Position numbers and translations under genes: made by a program. The notes under the pieces are model-generated. The model was not told the origin of the DNA, did no database searches, and saw only the letters and a program-made list of their open reading frames with translations. A stretch of 64,000 nt of DNA from a phage, in NCBI GenBank assembly GCA_018027755.1, contig GCA_018027755.1_4098.1. One strand, given 5' to 3'. The first letter of the stretch is position 1, and each line of letters starts with the position of its first letter. This document shows positions 49,886-64,000 of the stretch, one piece after another.

Positions 49886-50603
49886 AAAGAAATTTATTCC
49901 ATTTTGGATGGTCCCTGCTCACTGGGGACTTTCTGGAAAGGCAAAAGAGATAGCTAAAGCATATTACTACAATGATGATTATGAAGCTGATATGAAAGTT
50001 GCTGAATTGACATATCTAACTCCATATGAAGTTGAAGTGGCCCAATTGGATATTAAAAAGAAATATAGCGTAATTGGAGATTTGGAATATCTAATTGCTG
50101 TACTTGATGTTGAACTAAAATATTCTAAAATTACTCGTGAACAGTATGATGTTAAAGTTCTTGATGCAAAACTAAGTATTGGAGTTATTACAGAAAAAGA
50201 ATATGATATGGAAATCATTGAGTTAATGCCAGAAGGTGATGAAAAAAGGCTTAAGGCTATTGAATTTGCATATCGTTACGATGAAATCACACAAAGTGAA
50301 TATTCTAAGGAAATATACACACTTCGTAAAGAACCTTGGATTGATTTGGATGTTGTTCTTGATCCTGAAACTAATGAAGTTGAGTTTGTATTTGACTATA
50401 ATGAATATTTCTGGAAAAAGTTGAAAGCTGAAGGTCATCCAGGAAATGATGAAGAAGAAATTATCGATAACTTTGTGAGAGACTTGGGGCGTAAACTTGC
50501 TACGGATGATTTCAGTGATGATTACGACACAAAGCTGGTGAGTGCGAACGAAGGATTAGACAAGCTACCTGGTTTGCCTGAAGGATTTCGTTCATATAGA
50601 TAA
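49878..50603 (+). CDS. hypothetical protein with tandem ~23-aa ITxxEY repeats
   Basis: track ORF 49866; repeats ITREQYDVKVLDAKL / ITEKEYDMEIIELMPE / ITQSEYSKEIYTLRKE. Confidence 0.5.
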   Translation: MAKKKFIPFWMVPAHWGLSGKAKEIAKAYYYNDDYEADMKVAELTYLTPYEVEVAQLDIKKKYSVIGDLEYLIAVLDVELKYSKITREQYDVKVLDAKLSIGVITEKEYDMEIIELMPEGDEKRLKAIEFAYRYDEITQSEYSKEIYTLRKEPWIDLDVVLDPETNEVEFVFDYNEYFWKKLKAEGHPGNDEEEIIDNFVRDLGRKLATDDFSDDYDTKLVSANEGLDKLPGLPEGFRSYR

Positions 50604-50605
50604 CA

Positions 50606-50641
50606 TATAAAAAAGGAGAGCAAATGCTCTCCTTTTCTTTT
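50606..50641. terminator. bidirectional intrinsic terminator (near-identical copy of 4297-4330)
   Basis: same 10-bp stem aaggagagca/tgctctcctt with A-run and T-run flanks, between convergent genes. Confidence 0.6.
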
Positions 50642-50649
50642 GAAAAATA

Positions 50650-51339
50650 TTAAACCAATGCTGGGATGTATTGGAAAAGTTTAACACCGAAATCACCTGC
50701 TGCATCAGCAGATTGGGAACGTAGGTAAACTTCGGTAACACCATCTTTAGCAAGTAGTGGAACACCAGTTAGATCATCAATTAGTAGACGGCCTTCTTCG
50801 GATTCAGTACTTGGTACACCTTGTGGTGATTTAAGATCTTTGTTAAAGACACCAGCACGTTCAACTAGGAAGGTTACAACGGAAGCATCAGCAATACTAA
50901 CTGAACCTGCACTCAATACACCATCAGGTGCGTTGGTGAAACCAGTAACTGGAAATACTTCAAGACCATTACCTGCGATGTTAGAGGTAGCGATGATAAC
51001 CGCACGTTGTTGAACAACATCGACAATACGTTTAACGTTAGTTTGTGCTGCATAAGATGCATTGTAATCAGCTTCTAGTGTGCCAAGAACAAATGCAGTT
51101 CCATCAATACGTTTGATACCTTTATCATTTAGATATGCTAGAATTTCTTCTGGAATATCAGTGTTTAGAAAACGTTGTAGACCAGCATAAGAAGAAACTG
51201 CACCAGTAACTAGAACGTTTACGTTTCCTAGCTTACTGATAGCAATGGATGCTAGGGCGTTAGTGCCACAAAAGTAACCTAGAATACGTTCAAAGGAATA
51301 ACCATTGATACGTTCAAAAGAAGTATTAGTATATGACAT
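50650..51339 (-). CDS. hypothetical (probably virion) protein, paralog A (229 aa)
   Basis: Ala/Val/Gly-rich; shares QQRAV[IL][IV].TS core and N-terminal S.N.F.R motif with adjacent gene. Confidence 0.55.
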   Translation of the reverse strand: MSYTNTSFERINGYSFERILGYFCGTNALASIAISKLGNVNVLVTGAVSSYAGLQRFLNTDIPEEILAYLNDKGIKRIDGTAFVLGTLEADYNASYAAQTNVKRIVDVVQQRAVIIATSNIAGNGLEVFPVTGFTNAPDGVLSAGSVSIADASVVTFLVERAGVFNKDLKSPQGVPSTESEEGRLLIDDLTGVPLLAKDGVTEVYLRSQSADAAGDFGVKLFQYIPALV

Positions 51340-51353
51340 AATCTATCCTCCTA

Positions 51354-51953
51354 TTATAGTTGAACAGGAAGAGCAGCACGTACTTTAATTGCTACAGCAG
51401 TAGATGCACCTGCATCACCAACACCATCAGTACCTTGACTTACGAAAGTTTTGGTACGGAAAACTTTAGCTTGAGCGATAGACTTAGCTAGGTCAACAGT
51501 TGGATCAACTGGAGCAGGACATGCTGAACCAGGACGAACTTCTTGCTTGTTAAATACGTCTTGACGTTCACAGATGAAAGTCAATGCAACAGAATTAGCA
51601 CCACCTGCTACATCAGCACCACTAGTGCCGAACGCAACTACGTTTGGATTAGCATTTTTGAAATCAGCAGGAATAACAACTTCTGAATCAAGAGCTAGTA
51701 GAGAGGTAGTAACTAGAACTGCACGTTGTTGTAGTAGTTGGGTAACCATGAATAGGTTATATTGAGCATTACTTAGAGCAGTTTGATACGCTTCAGCTTG
51801 AACATCAGAACCGTCAGAAGTAACTTTGGTAGTACCTAGTTCAACATCAGTTGGTAGATCGATTACGATGGTAACGAAACCGTTATTACCACCCCACCAT
51901 TCGCGAGCAACGCTAGACATACCATAGTTACGGTTAAAAGAATTAAGACTCAT
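51354..51953 (-). CDS. hypothetical (probably virion) protein, paralog B (199 aa)
   Basis: tandem paralog of 50650..51339. Confidence 0.55.
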   Translation of the reverse strand: MSLNSFNRNYGMSSVAREWWGGNNGFVTIVIDLPTDVELGTTKVTSDGSDVQAEAYQTALSNAQYNLFMVTQLLQQRAVLVTTSLLALDSEVVIPADFKNANPNVVAFGTSGADVAGGANSVALTFICERQDVFNKQEVRPGSACPAPVDPTVDLAKSIAQAKVFRTKTFVSQGTDGVGDAGASTAVAIKVRAALPVQL

Positions 51954-52069
51954 GAAAATCTCCTTGTCAAATTTTGTGCAGGTATATCCTGCTTAAAGTT
52001 ATTTATCAAAAAATATCACTAGCATTTAAATTTACTGAGATATTTAATGAATTTCTATGATATTATTTA

Positions 52070-52105
52070 TCAAATCTGGGAAAGTGATTCAAGATGTGCT
52101 ATAAT
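52070..52105 (+). promoter_or_regulatory. sigma70-like promoter with extended -10 (TGcTATAAT) upstream of rnh
   Basis: TATAAT 52100-52105, TG 52097-52098. Confidence 0.4.
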
Positions 52106-52114
52106 TATCAATGA

Positions 52115-57412
<5,298 letters not shown>

Positions 57413-57499
57413 GTAAAACGTTGAAGGAACAATGAAGTTTCTGAAACATTGAAGCCAATTAACAAATAACAAAGAAACCCAAAATCAAGGAAGATATAT

Positions 57500-58552
57500 A
57501 TGAAATCTCTAGCTGAAATTCGTGCACACCTAAAAGCAGAACAAGAAAAAGCAGAAGCTCAAAAGAATGGTACATTTACTGGCGAGCGTAAAGCTGATTC
57601 GTTCTTAGCTTTCTGGAACGTACCTTATAACGAACCACTAAACCTACGTTTTCTACCAGATGCAGATGAGTCTAACCCATTCTTCTGGCGTGAACGTGAC
57701 ATGATTAACCTAACTTTCAATGGTGTAGTCGGTATGCACACTGATAAAGTTACCGTTCAAGTGCCTTGCAACGAAATGTGGGTTCCTAAATCCTGTCCGG
57801 TTCTGAAAGAAGTACGTCAATGGTTCCAAAGTGCGAATGAAACAGGGAACGAAGAACTAAAAGCAATGGCTGGTCGTTACTGGAAGAAGAAAACCTATCT
57901 AATGCAATGTTTTATTGCTCCTGATAGCGTTGCAGTAAAAGACGACATTGCACCAGAAAATCCAATTCGTCGTATTCTGGCTAACAAAGATATCTTTGAT
58001 AAAGTTAAATCCATCCTGCTAAACCCAGGCATCAAAGAGTCTCCAACTCACTACGTTCAAGGTCGTGATTTTGGTATTGTTAAAACTAAGAATGGTGGTG
58101 GTTATAATAGCTACGACATGTCTCAATTCTCCATGTCTGAGCGTCCACTAAACGAAGAAGAACTAGCAGCAATTGAAAAATATGGCCTATACAATCTAAA
58201 TGATTTTATGCCAAAACAACCAACTCCAGAAGAGTTGAAAGCAATTGAAGAAATGTTCGAAGCATCAGTAAATGGTGAAGCATATGATCCAGCACGTTGG
58301 GCATTTGCATATCGTCCAGCAGGTGTACCAAAACCTAACTCTGGAACTGTTACTGAATCAAAACCAACTCCTGCTCCAGTACAACAAGAGTCAGCACCTG
58401 CACCAGTAGCACCTACTGCTCCAGTTACACCAGCCCAACAAGCTGCTCCAGTAACTCCAGTCGCTACCCCAGCAGCAACCACTCCTGAAGCACCAAAAGA
58501 ACAACTATCTGCATCTGCACTAGTTGCTCGTTTGAAACAACAAGGTAAGTAA
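57500..58552 (+). CDS. single-stranded DNA-binding protein, gp32-like
   Basis: LNLRFLPDADESNPFF and KKTYLMQCFIAPD...APENPIRRIL match T4 gp32 AVIRFLPSKNDEQAPF and [24 protein letters not shown]; C-terminus is Pro/Ala/Thr/Val-rich. Confidence 0.75.
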   Translation: MKSLAEIRAHLKAEQEKAEAQKNGTFTGERKADSFLAFWNVPYNEPLNLRFLPDADESNPFFWRERDMINLTFNGVVGMHTDKVTVQVPCNEMWVPKSCPVLKEVRQWFQSANETGNEELKAMAGRYWKKKTYLMQCFIAPDSVAVKDDIAPENPIRRILANKDIFDKVKSILLNPGIKESPTHYVQGRDFGIVKTKNGGGYNSYDMSQFSMSERPLNEEELAAIEKYGLYNLNDFMPKQPTPEELKAIEEMFEASVNGEAYDPARWAFAYRPAGVPKPNSGTVTESKPTPAPVQQESAPAPVAPTAPVTPAQQAAPVTPVATPAATTPEAPKEQLSASALVARLKQQGK

Positions 58553-58572
58553 TAGTTTTTGAAAAGTTAAGG

Positions 58573-58600
58573 GGCAACGGAGTTTGCCCCGTTTTATTTC
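58573..58600 (+). terminator. intrinsic terminator after gp32-like gene
   Basis: ggggcaa-cggag-ttgcccc hairpin followed by GTTTTATTT. Confidence 0.6.
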
Positions 58601-58621
58601 ATAAAATTCAAGGAGCGAATT

Positions 58622-59740
58622 ATGAAAATGACAAGTGGTTTTGCGAACATTCTTAAAAACAGTACTGGTAGTGTTAAAAAGAATACTGGTGTTAGTGTTG
58701 GTTTTCATGATCCAGATACATGGGTTAGTACTGGTAACTACGCACTAAATTATCGCATCAGTGGCTATTTTGACCGTGGTATCCCACTAGGCAAAGTAAC
58801 TATGTTTGCTGGTGAATCAGGTAGTGGTAAATCTTTTATCGTATCTGGTAATATTGCACGTGAAGCTCAAAAACAAGGCATCTTTGTTGTTATGATTGAC
58901 TCAGAGAACGCATTGGATTCAGATTGGCTTCAAGCACTTGGTGTTGACACTTCTGAAGAAAAACTTTTGAAAGTCAATATGGGTATGATTGGTGACGTTG
59001 CAAAATTCACCTATGAGTTCATTGAAGGATATCGTAAAGAATACGAAAATACACCTAAAGATGAACGTCAAAAAGTATTGTTTATTATTGATTCAATTGG
59101 TATGCTAAACACTGAAGTAGCCAATGATCAAATGAAAGCGGGTAACCTTAAAGGTGACATGGGTCATAAACCCAAACAGCTTAAAGCATATATCACAAAC
59201 TGTGTAAACTCTATTGGTTCATTGAACATTGGTATGGTTTGCGTTAACCACAGTTATGAATCTCAGGACATGTTTAACCCAGATCCTAAAGTTTCAGGTG
59301 GTAGTGGTTTGATTTATGCTTCATCTATGGTTATCGCAATGGGTAAATTAAAACTTAAAGAAGATGAAGACGGAAATAAAACTTCCGAAGTAAATGGTAT
59401 TCGTGCTAAATGTAAAGTCATGAAGACTCGTTACAACAAGCCGTTTGAAGATGTAGAAATTAAAATTCCTTGGGATAAAGGTATGGACCCACGTAGTGGT
59501 CTACTAGATATGTTTGAAAAATACGGTCTAATCACTAAATCAGGTAACCGTCTATTGTATGTTGATATTGTAACTGGCGAACAGATTCTAAAATATCGCA
59601 AAGAGTGGATGCGTAATGAAGATTCATGTCTTGATTTGGTAATGCATCAATTTAAAAATCATCCTTTGATTGAAGAAGTTAAAGAAGAAGAAAAAGGTGA
59701 TGAAACTTTTGGTACTGATGTGGATATTAGTGAGGAATAA
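58622..59740 (+). CDS. uvsX: RecA-like recombinase UvsX
   Basis: Walker A GESGSGKSF; IDSIGML, CVNHSYESQDMF, DPRSGLLDMFEKYG match T4 UvsX IDSLGNL, INHTYETQEMF, DPYSGLLDMALELG. Confidence 0.85.
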   Translation: MKMTSGFANILKNSTGSVKKNTGVSVGFHDPDTWVSTGNYALNYRISGYFDRGIPLGKVTMFAGESGSGKSFIVSGNIAREAQKQGIFVVMIDSENALDSDWLQALGVDTSEEKLLKVNMGMIGDVAKFTYEFIEGYRKEYENTPKDERQKVLFIIDSIGMLNTEVANDQMKAGNLKGDMGHKPKQLKAYITNCVNSIGSLNIGMVCVNHSYESQDMFNPDPKVSGGSGLIYASSMVIAMGKLKLKEDEDGNKTSEVNGIRAKCKVMKTRYNKPFEDVEIKIPWDKGMDPRSGLLDMFEKYGLITKSGNRLLYVDIVTGEQILKYRKEWMRNEDSCLDLVMHQFKNHPLIEEVKEEEKGDETFGTDVDISEE

Positions 59741-60201
59741 TGAAACCTTGGCATTGGATTATCAAAGATGATAAATCTAAAATTATTGAAATGATTGAGT
59801 TCTTTAACAAAGAAGTTGAAGAAGCTCGTCGTGAAGTAAAGAAGATTGGCATCATTGAAAAAATTGCTCAAGAGATTCCTGGCTGGCATGAGACGCGTCT
59901 AAGCCAGCTTCAAGAACTTGAAGCAGTATTGGAAATGTTAGAAATTGAAATGCGTCAGGTACAAGCCGAGAAGTTCAAATACTTTCTCGAAGGATACCGC
60001 CGTGCACTATCTTCATCTGACTGTAAAAAGTATGTTGAAGGTGATAAAGATGTTTGTGAGTTAGCAGAACTTATAAACGAGGTATCTTATATAAGAAATA
60101 CATATTCAAGTATTGTTAAATCCTTAGAGATGAAAGCTTTTCAGTTAAACAATATTGTGAGACTACGTGCCGCTGGTATTGAGGATGCACGTTTAGAATA
60201 A
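59740..60201 (+). CDS. hypothetical coiled-coil protein (153 aa)
   Basis: ORF translationally coupled to uvsX (ATGA overlap); terminator downstream. Confidence 0.45.
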   Translation: MKPWHWIIKDDKSKIIEMIEFFNKEVEEARREVKKIGIIEKIAQEIPGWHETRLSQLQELEAVLEMLEIEMRQVQAEKFKYFLEGYRRALSSSDCKKYVEGDKDVCELAELINEVSYIRNTYSSIVKSLEMKAFQLNNIVRLRAAGIEDARLE

Positions 60202-60210
60202 TTATCATTA

Positions 60211-60234
60211 AGGACGCATATCGCGTCCTTTTTC
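60211..60234 (+). terminator. intrinsic terminator
   Basis: aggacgc-loop-gcgtcct hairpin followed by T5. Confidence 0.55.
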
Positions 60235-60248
60235 TATGCGAGAATAAA

Positions 60249-61067
60249 ATGACAAAATTAAATGAGTTTTTATCAAATGTAGCAGTTCTAGATACTGAAA
60301 CTACTGGGGTTGAGAGTGAAGATGATATTATTGAATTTAGTATCTCGTATCCACATACTTCACATGAAAACATTGATACTATTGATAACTATACATTGAG
60401 ATACAAACCCTTGAAAGATATTCCACCCGAGGCATCTGCTGTGCACTTTATCAGTACTGAGGATGTAGCTAATTGTGTTGGGTATAAAGATGATTTGGAT
60501 AACATTGATGCACTTATGGGATGCCGTAAGTATTTTGTTGGTCATAATGTACAATTTGACCGTAGAATGATGGTAGATAACGAATATAAATATCGTAACT
60601 CAATTTCACAGTACTTACTTGATGAAAATAAATGGATTTGTACCCTTCGTCTTGCTAAGAAAATGTTTGCAGAAGATATTGAATTTAAAAACTTAACTCT
60701 AAGTTATTTGTGGTATAAGTTTGGATGTTATCGTGATGTTCATCGACCTGTTAATGCACACGCAGCAAAAGACGATGTGTTCATGTGTTATCAGGTTCTA
60801 ATCAAATTAGTTGAAATTGCAATCGAACGTGGACATATTGAACCTAATGGTGATATTGGTGAGCAAATTGTAACTTTCTGCAACACACCAATGCGTTATC
60901 AATTCATGCCATTTGGTAAACACAAAGGTGAGCCAATGAGTACAGTTCCATTGAATTACATTGAATGGATGATTGCTAATAGTGACATTTTAGATGCAAG
61001 TAACCCTAACTGTGATAAAGATTTAGTATATACATTTGAGTACGAATATAATACTCGAACTAATTAA
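60249..61067 (+). CDS. DnaQ-like 3'-5' exonuclease (DEDDh) with C-terminal MPFGKHKG (DUF3820-like) domain; dexA-like
   Basis: Exo I LDTETTG, Exo II FVGHNVQFDRRM, Exo III HAAKDDV; C-terminal YQFMPFGKHKGEPMSTVPLNYIEWM. Confidence 0.75.
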   Translation: MTKLNEFLSNVAVLDTETTGVESEDDIIEFSISYPHTSHENIDTIDNYTLRYKPLKDIPPEASAVHFISTEDVANCVGYKDDLDNIDALMGCRKYFVGHNVQFDRRMMVDNEYKYRNSISQYLLDENKWICTLRLAKKMFAEDIEFKNLTLSYLWYKFGCYRDVHRPVNAHAAKDDVFMCYQVLIKLVEIAIERGHIEPNGDIGEQIVTFCNTPMRYQFMPFGKHKGEPMSTVPLNYIEWMIANSDILDASNPNCDKDLVYTFEYEYNTRTN

Positions 61068-61082
61068 TAAAGGTAATCATGG

Positions 61083-62567
61083 ATGAAAACTTGTAAGTTA
61101 ACCTTATTGGATGAGGTGAATTGTAAATTTGAGGGACTTGATCCCTCAATTAGACAAAAGATGATTCGTGCAACTGAATATGTGTTACCATATGCAAAGT
61201 TCACACCAGCAGGACGTATTGGACGTTGGGATGGTAAAGTTCAGTTTATGAATTTAGGCGGAACAACTTATTATCATATGTTAGATAAGTTATTGCCTAT
61301 TCTTGATGAAGCTAAGATTGACATTGAATTAGTAGATCATAGGGTAGATTATGGATTTAAATTTGACCCCATTGATGAAGATATTTTTAGTGATGTTGTA
61401 TTCGGTGCAGGACACCACATGGAAGGTAAATCCATAAAACTACGTGAACATCAAGTTAATGCGGTTAATGCATGTTTGGCTAATCCACACGGACTACTAT
61501 TGGCAGCTACTGGTGCAGGTAAAACTCTCATTACTGCTGCATTGTCAAAGAAAGTGCAAGAGTATGGACGTTCTGTTATAATAGTACCAAGTACTGACTT
61601 AGTACAACAAACATATGATGACTACATTATGTGTGGGTTGGATACTGGCATGTTCTATGGTTCACAAAAAGATTTTGGTCACCAACATACTATTACGACT
61701 TGGCAATCATTTAACTCTCTATGGAAGAAAACCAAGAAAGGTGAAATTGAATTAACTGAACAAGACGTGAATGATTTTATCGATGGAGTAGTTTGTGTTA
61801 TCGTTGATGAGTGTCAAGGTGCAGGCGGTGACGCATTAGTTCAAGTACTTTCTAAAGTTATGAATAACGTACCATTACGTTGGGGTCTTACTGGAACAAT
61901 TCCTAAAGATCCGGTAGTTGCCGCGAAAATCAAATGTAATGTTGGTGATGTTATATTTAAAATAACTGCAAAGGAATTACAAGATAAACAAATACTAAGT
62001 ACATGTAATGTGAATTGCATCAAACTAAAAAGTAGTATGAAGTTTGCATCATATGCTGAAGAGTTGAAATACTTAGTAACTGACAGAGATAGGATGGCAT
62101 ATGTAGCGTCATTGATATCTGCGTTATCTGAATCAGGAAACACTTTAGTTTTAGTAGATAGACTTGAAGCAGGTGAGTTGCTATGTGAATTTTTAGGCAT
62201 TCCCAAATCAGAATTCGTTCGTGGAGAAACTAAAAAGAAAGATCGAGAATCATCTTATGGTGAAATTCGTTGGGCTGATAATAAAATACTTATTGCGACA
62301 TACGGCGTTGCCAGTACTGGTATTAGTATTTCAAGGTTATATAATGTAGTATTGATTGAGCCAGGAAAAAGTTTTGTAAGAACTATACAGTCAATTGGAC
62401 GTGGATTACGCCGAGCAGAAGATAAAGACCACGTAGAAATATATGATATTAGTGGTTCTAATAAGTATAGTGCCAAGCATTTACGAGAACGTTTAGCTTA
62501 CTATAAGGAAGCACAATATCCTCATAGTATAATAGATGTTAAAGATTGGGAAAACACAGCGGGATAA
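61083..62567 (+). CDS. SF2 DNA helicase, UvsW-like
   Basis: Walker A ATGAGKT, DEcQ box VIVDECQGAGG, helicase C-terminal motifs; adjacent to uvsX/dexA. Confidence 0.65.
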   Translation: MKTCKLTLLDEVNCKFEGLDPSIRQKMIRATEYVLPYAKFTPAGRIGRWDGKVQFMNLGGTTYYHMLDKLLPILDEAKIDIELVDHRVDYGFKFDPIDEDIFSDVVFGAGHHMEGKSIKLREHQVNAVNACLANPHGLLLAATGAGKTLITAALSKKVQEYGRSVIIVPSTDLVQQTYDDYIMCGLDTGMFYGSQKDFGHQHTITTWQSFNSLWKKTKKGEIELTEQDVNDFIDGVVCVIVDECQGAGGDALVQVLSKVMNNVPLRWGLTGTIPKDPVVAAKIKCNVGDVIFKITAKELQDKQILSTCNVNCIKLKSSMKFASYAEELKYLVTDRDRMAYVASLISALSESGNTLVLVDRLEAGELLCEFLGIPKSEFVRGETKKKDRESSYGEIRWADNKILIATYGVASTGISISRLYNVVLIEPGKSFVRTIQSIGRGLRRAEDKDHVEIYDISGSNKYSAKHLRERLAYYKEAQYPHSIIDVKDWENTAG

Positions 62568-62588
62568 ACCCGCTGTTTGTGATATAAT
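62558..62588 (+). promoter_or_regulatory. terminator hairpin immediately followed by extended -10 promoter (TGaTATAAT)
   Basis: cagcggg-ataaa-cccgctg hairpin 62558-62576; TATAAT 62583-62588 with TG 62580-62581. Confidence 0.4.
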
Positions 62589-62622
62589 GTGTCATATGAC
62601 AACAACAAGGATGTAAAATAAA

Positions 62623-63051
62623 ATGGAATTGAGATCTAGTATTGCTTTTATTTGTGACCAAGAAACTTTAGAAGTTATGGATGTATTGTTGAACGATGAT
62701 GGTATTATGGATGACATGGTATCTTCTCTTGACTATATACCTGAGCTAGAAACGGATGATACTAACGTATGGAGATGTAATATTGATAGTGATTCTTGGA
62801 TTAATATCTATGAATTACAGACACGAATTGATTCTAAAGTAGAATCATTGAAATATGATATCATCTATGCAAGTACTGACACGAAAACTTTTATTGATGT
62901 AGTAAGTCTAAGTGGTAATTTTGATTCATATCTGGATACTGATGTAGATAAAATTCAAGAGATGTGTGAAACTTATGGACTTGAATTTTATGGGGTAGAA
63001 GACCAAGATGATGAAGAATATTATGATGACGAAGAAGATTCGCAGTACTAA
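62623..63051 (+). CDS. small highly acidic protein (142 aa)
   Basis: Asp/Glu-rich throughout, C-terminal EDQDDEEYYDDEEDSQY; own promoter. Confidence 0.5.
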   Translation: MELRSSIAFICDQETLEVMDVLLNDDGIMDDMVSSLDYIPELETDDTNVWRCNIDSDSWINIYELQTRIDSKVESLKYDIIYASTDTKTFIDVVSLSGNFDSYLDTDVDKIQEMCETYGLEFYGVEDQDDEEYYDDEEDSQY

Positions 63052-63060
63052 GGAGATGAC

Positions 63061-63558
63061 ATGAACGTATTAACACCTGAAAATAATTCTTTTGACATGG
63101 ATTTAGTAACAGAACATATCCCTGAAGAAATGTATTGTGTTTTGGATCTAAGCCCAAATGGTGAATCTGATTTTTATTTTAGACATATTCTAAACACCGT
63201 ATCATTTAATAGTATTAGTGCTGATCTTCAAATTGGTGAAAAGATTATTCAAGTGCCTCTAGGATGGCAAATTATGTTAGGTGATGAAGAAACTGGTATG
63301 GTTGAGATGTGTACAATTGAAAACATTCTTAACATGAAAGAACCAAAAGCTTTTGTTTACAATCCTATCCGTTCAATGTATCCTAAGTTTGAACCAGTCA
63401 AAGTACTACGTGTATTTGCATTAACTACAAAGTGGCAGATACCAATGTTACCTAAAAAGAATTTACTATGCGTCCCACTACATAGTGGTGAAAATCCACC
63501 ATGTGTGTACTTTGCAGATGAAAACGAAAAAATTCAAGATTTGTATCTAGGAGTATAA
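63061..63558 (+). CDS. hypothetical protein (165 aa)
   Basis: ORF with RBS downstream of acidic protein gene. Confidence 0.45.
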   Translation: MNVLTPENNSFDMDLVTEHIPEEMYCVLDLSPNGESDFYFRHILNTVSFNSISADLQIGEKIIQVPLGWQIMLGDEETGMVEMCTIENILNMKEPKAFVYNPIRSMYPKFEPVKVLRVFALTTKWQIPMLPKKNLLCVPLHSGENPPCVYFADENEKIQDLYLGV

Positions 63559-63562
63559 AATA

Positions 63563-64000
63563 GTGTTTGATTTCAGTGATATTAAAAATAAGTCGGTCGA
63601 TGATGATGAAAAACCAACACAGCATTCTTTTTCTATTGCTGAATTTCTAAAACACATTGACCGTGCTGATTATAAGTACTATAATGACATGACCGAAAAA
63701 GAACGAAAAGAGTTTACTCCATATACTGTTTTGCGATGGGTAAGCTCTTTAGATGATTCGTTACAAGTAACCTACCCTAGTAGTAAAGTTGAAAGTGTAT
63801 TTGGAAAATGGAAATCTGGTGGTAAAGAAGCACTGACTGAACTAGTTACTGAATTAAAGTCTTCAGGGACAAATGTTTCATCAGTAACTAAGTACTGTCA
63901 TAGTGATTATGATTGGCGTATTAAATTTGCAGTCCAATCAAAAGATGACGCACAAAAATTAATATCCTCAATGGTCGAATTTGGCGTATCAGGTTCCGAA
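63563..64000 (+). CDS. hypothetical protein, partial (continues beyond window end)
   Basis: GTG at 63563 after GGAG RBS, frame open to window end; not in ORF track because truncated. Confidence 0.35.
   Translation, partial: MFDFSDIKNKSVDDDEKPTQHSFSIAEFLKHIDRADYKYYNDMTEKERKEFTPYTVLRWVSSLDDSLQVTYPSSKVESVFGKWKSGGKEALTELVTELKSSGTNVSSVTKYCHSDYDWRIKFAVQSKDDAQKLISSMVEFGVSGSE

Noticed and set aside
51979-52000. T4 MotA-box middle promoter (tgcttaa) upstream of rnh
   Set aside because: Single partial match with no suitably spaced -10; the extended -10 promoter at 52097-52105 explains transcription more simply.

Overview
This window reads as a contiguous 64 kb segment of a distant T4-like (Straboviridae-type) myophage genome; the host cannot be determined from sequence. 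It is AT-rich and densely coding. Calls rest on motif-level comparison to T4 proteins recalled from memory plus reading the sequence for promoters and hairpins; no database search was run. From left to right: (1) an early-promoter-driven ClpA-like double-AAA+ unfoldase; (2) a minus-strand baseplate/tail operon: structural proteins, gp5-like spike with C-terminal lysozyme, a second free lysozyme, gp25-like, gp6-like, and a 3333-aa giant protein; (3) gp55-like late sigma factor, gp47/gp46 Mre11/Rad50 pair, an endonuclease VII-like gene; (4) an accessory island with a zinc-ribbon homing-endonuclease-like gene followed by an ~840 bp ORF-free region containing a promoter-to-terminator unit that looks like a ~450 nt structured non-coding RNA; (5) the head module in T4 order (portal-like, gp67-like, acidic core protein, gp21 protease, gp22 scaffold, gp23 major capsid protein); (6) a second accessory island just after the capsid gene (GIY-YIG/T5orf172-type homing endonuclease with its own consensus sigma70 promoter, two small ORFs, tail fiber plus chaperone); (7) the replication/recombination module (gp43 polymerase, gp45-like clamp, GroES-like co-chaperonin, RNase H, terminase large subunit, gp32 SSB, UvsX, DnaQ-like exonuclease, UvsW-like helicase). 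The most interesting candidates are the ORF-less ncRNA unit, the phage-encoded ClpA-like unfoldase, the modular zinc-ribbon homing-endonuclease family, and the unusual spike/lysozyme arrangement. No tRNA or CRISPR array was found.
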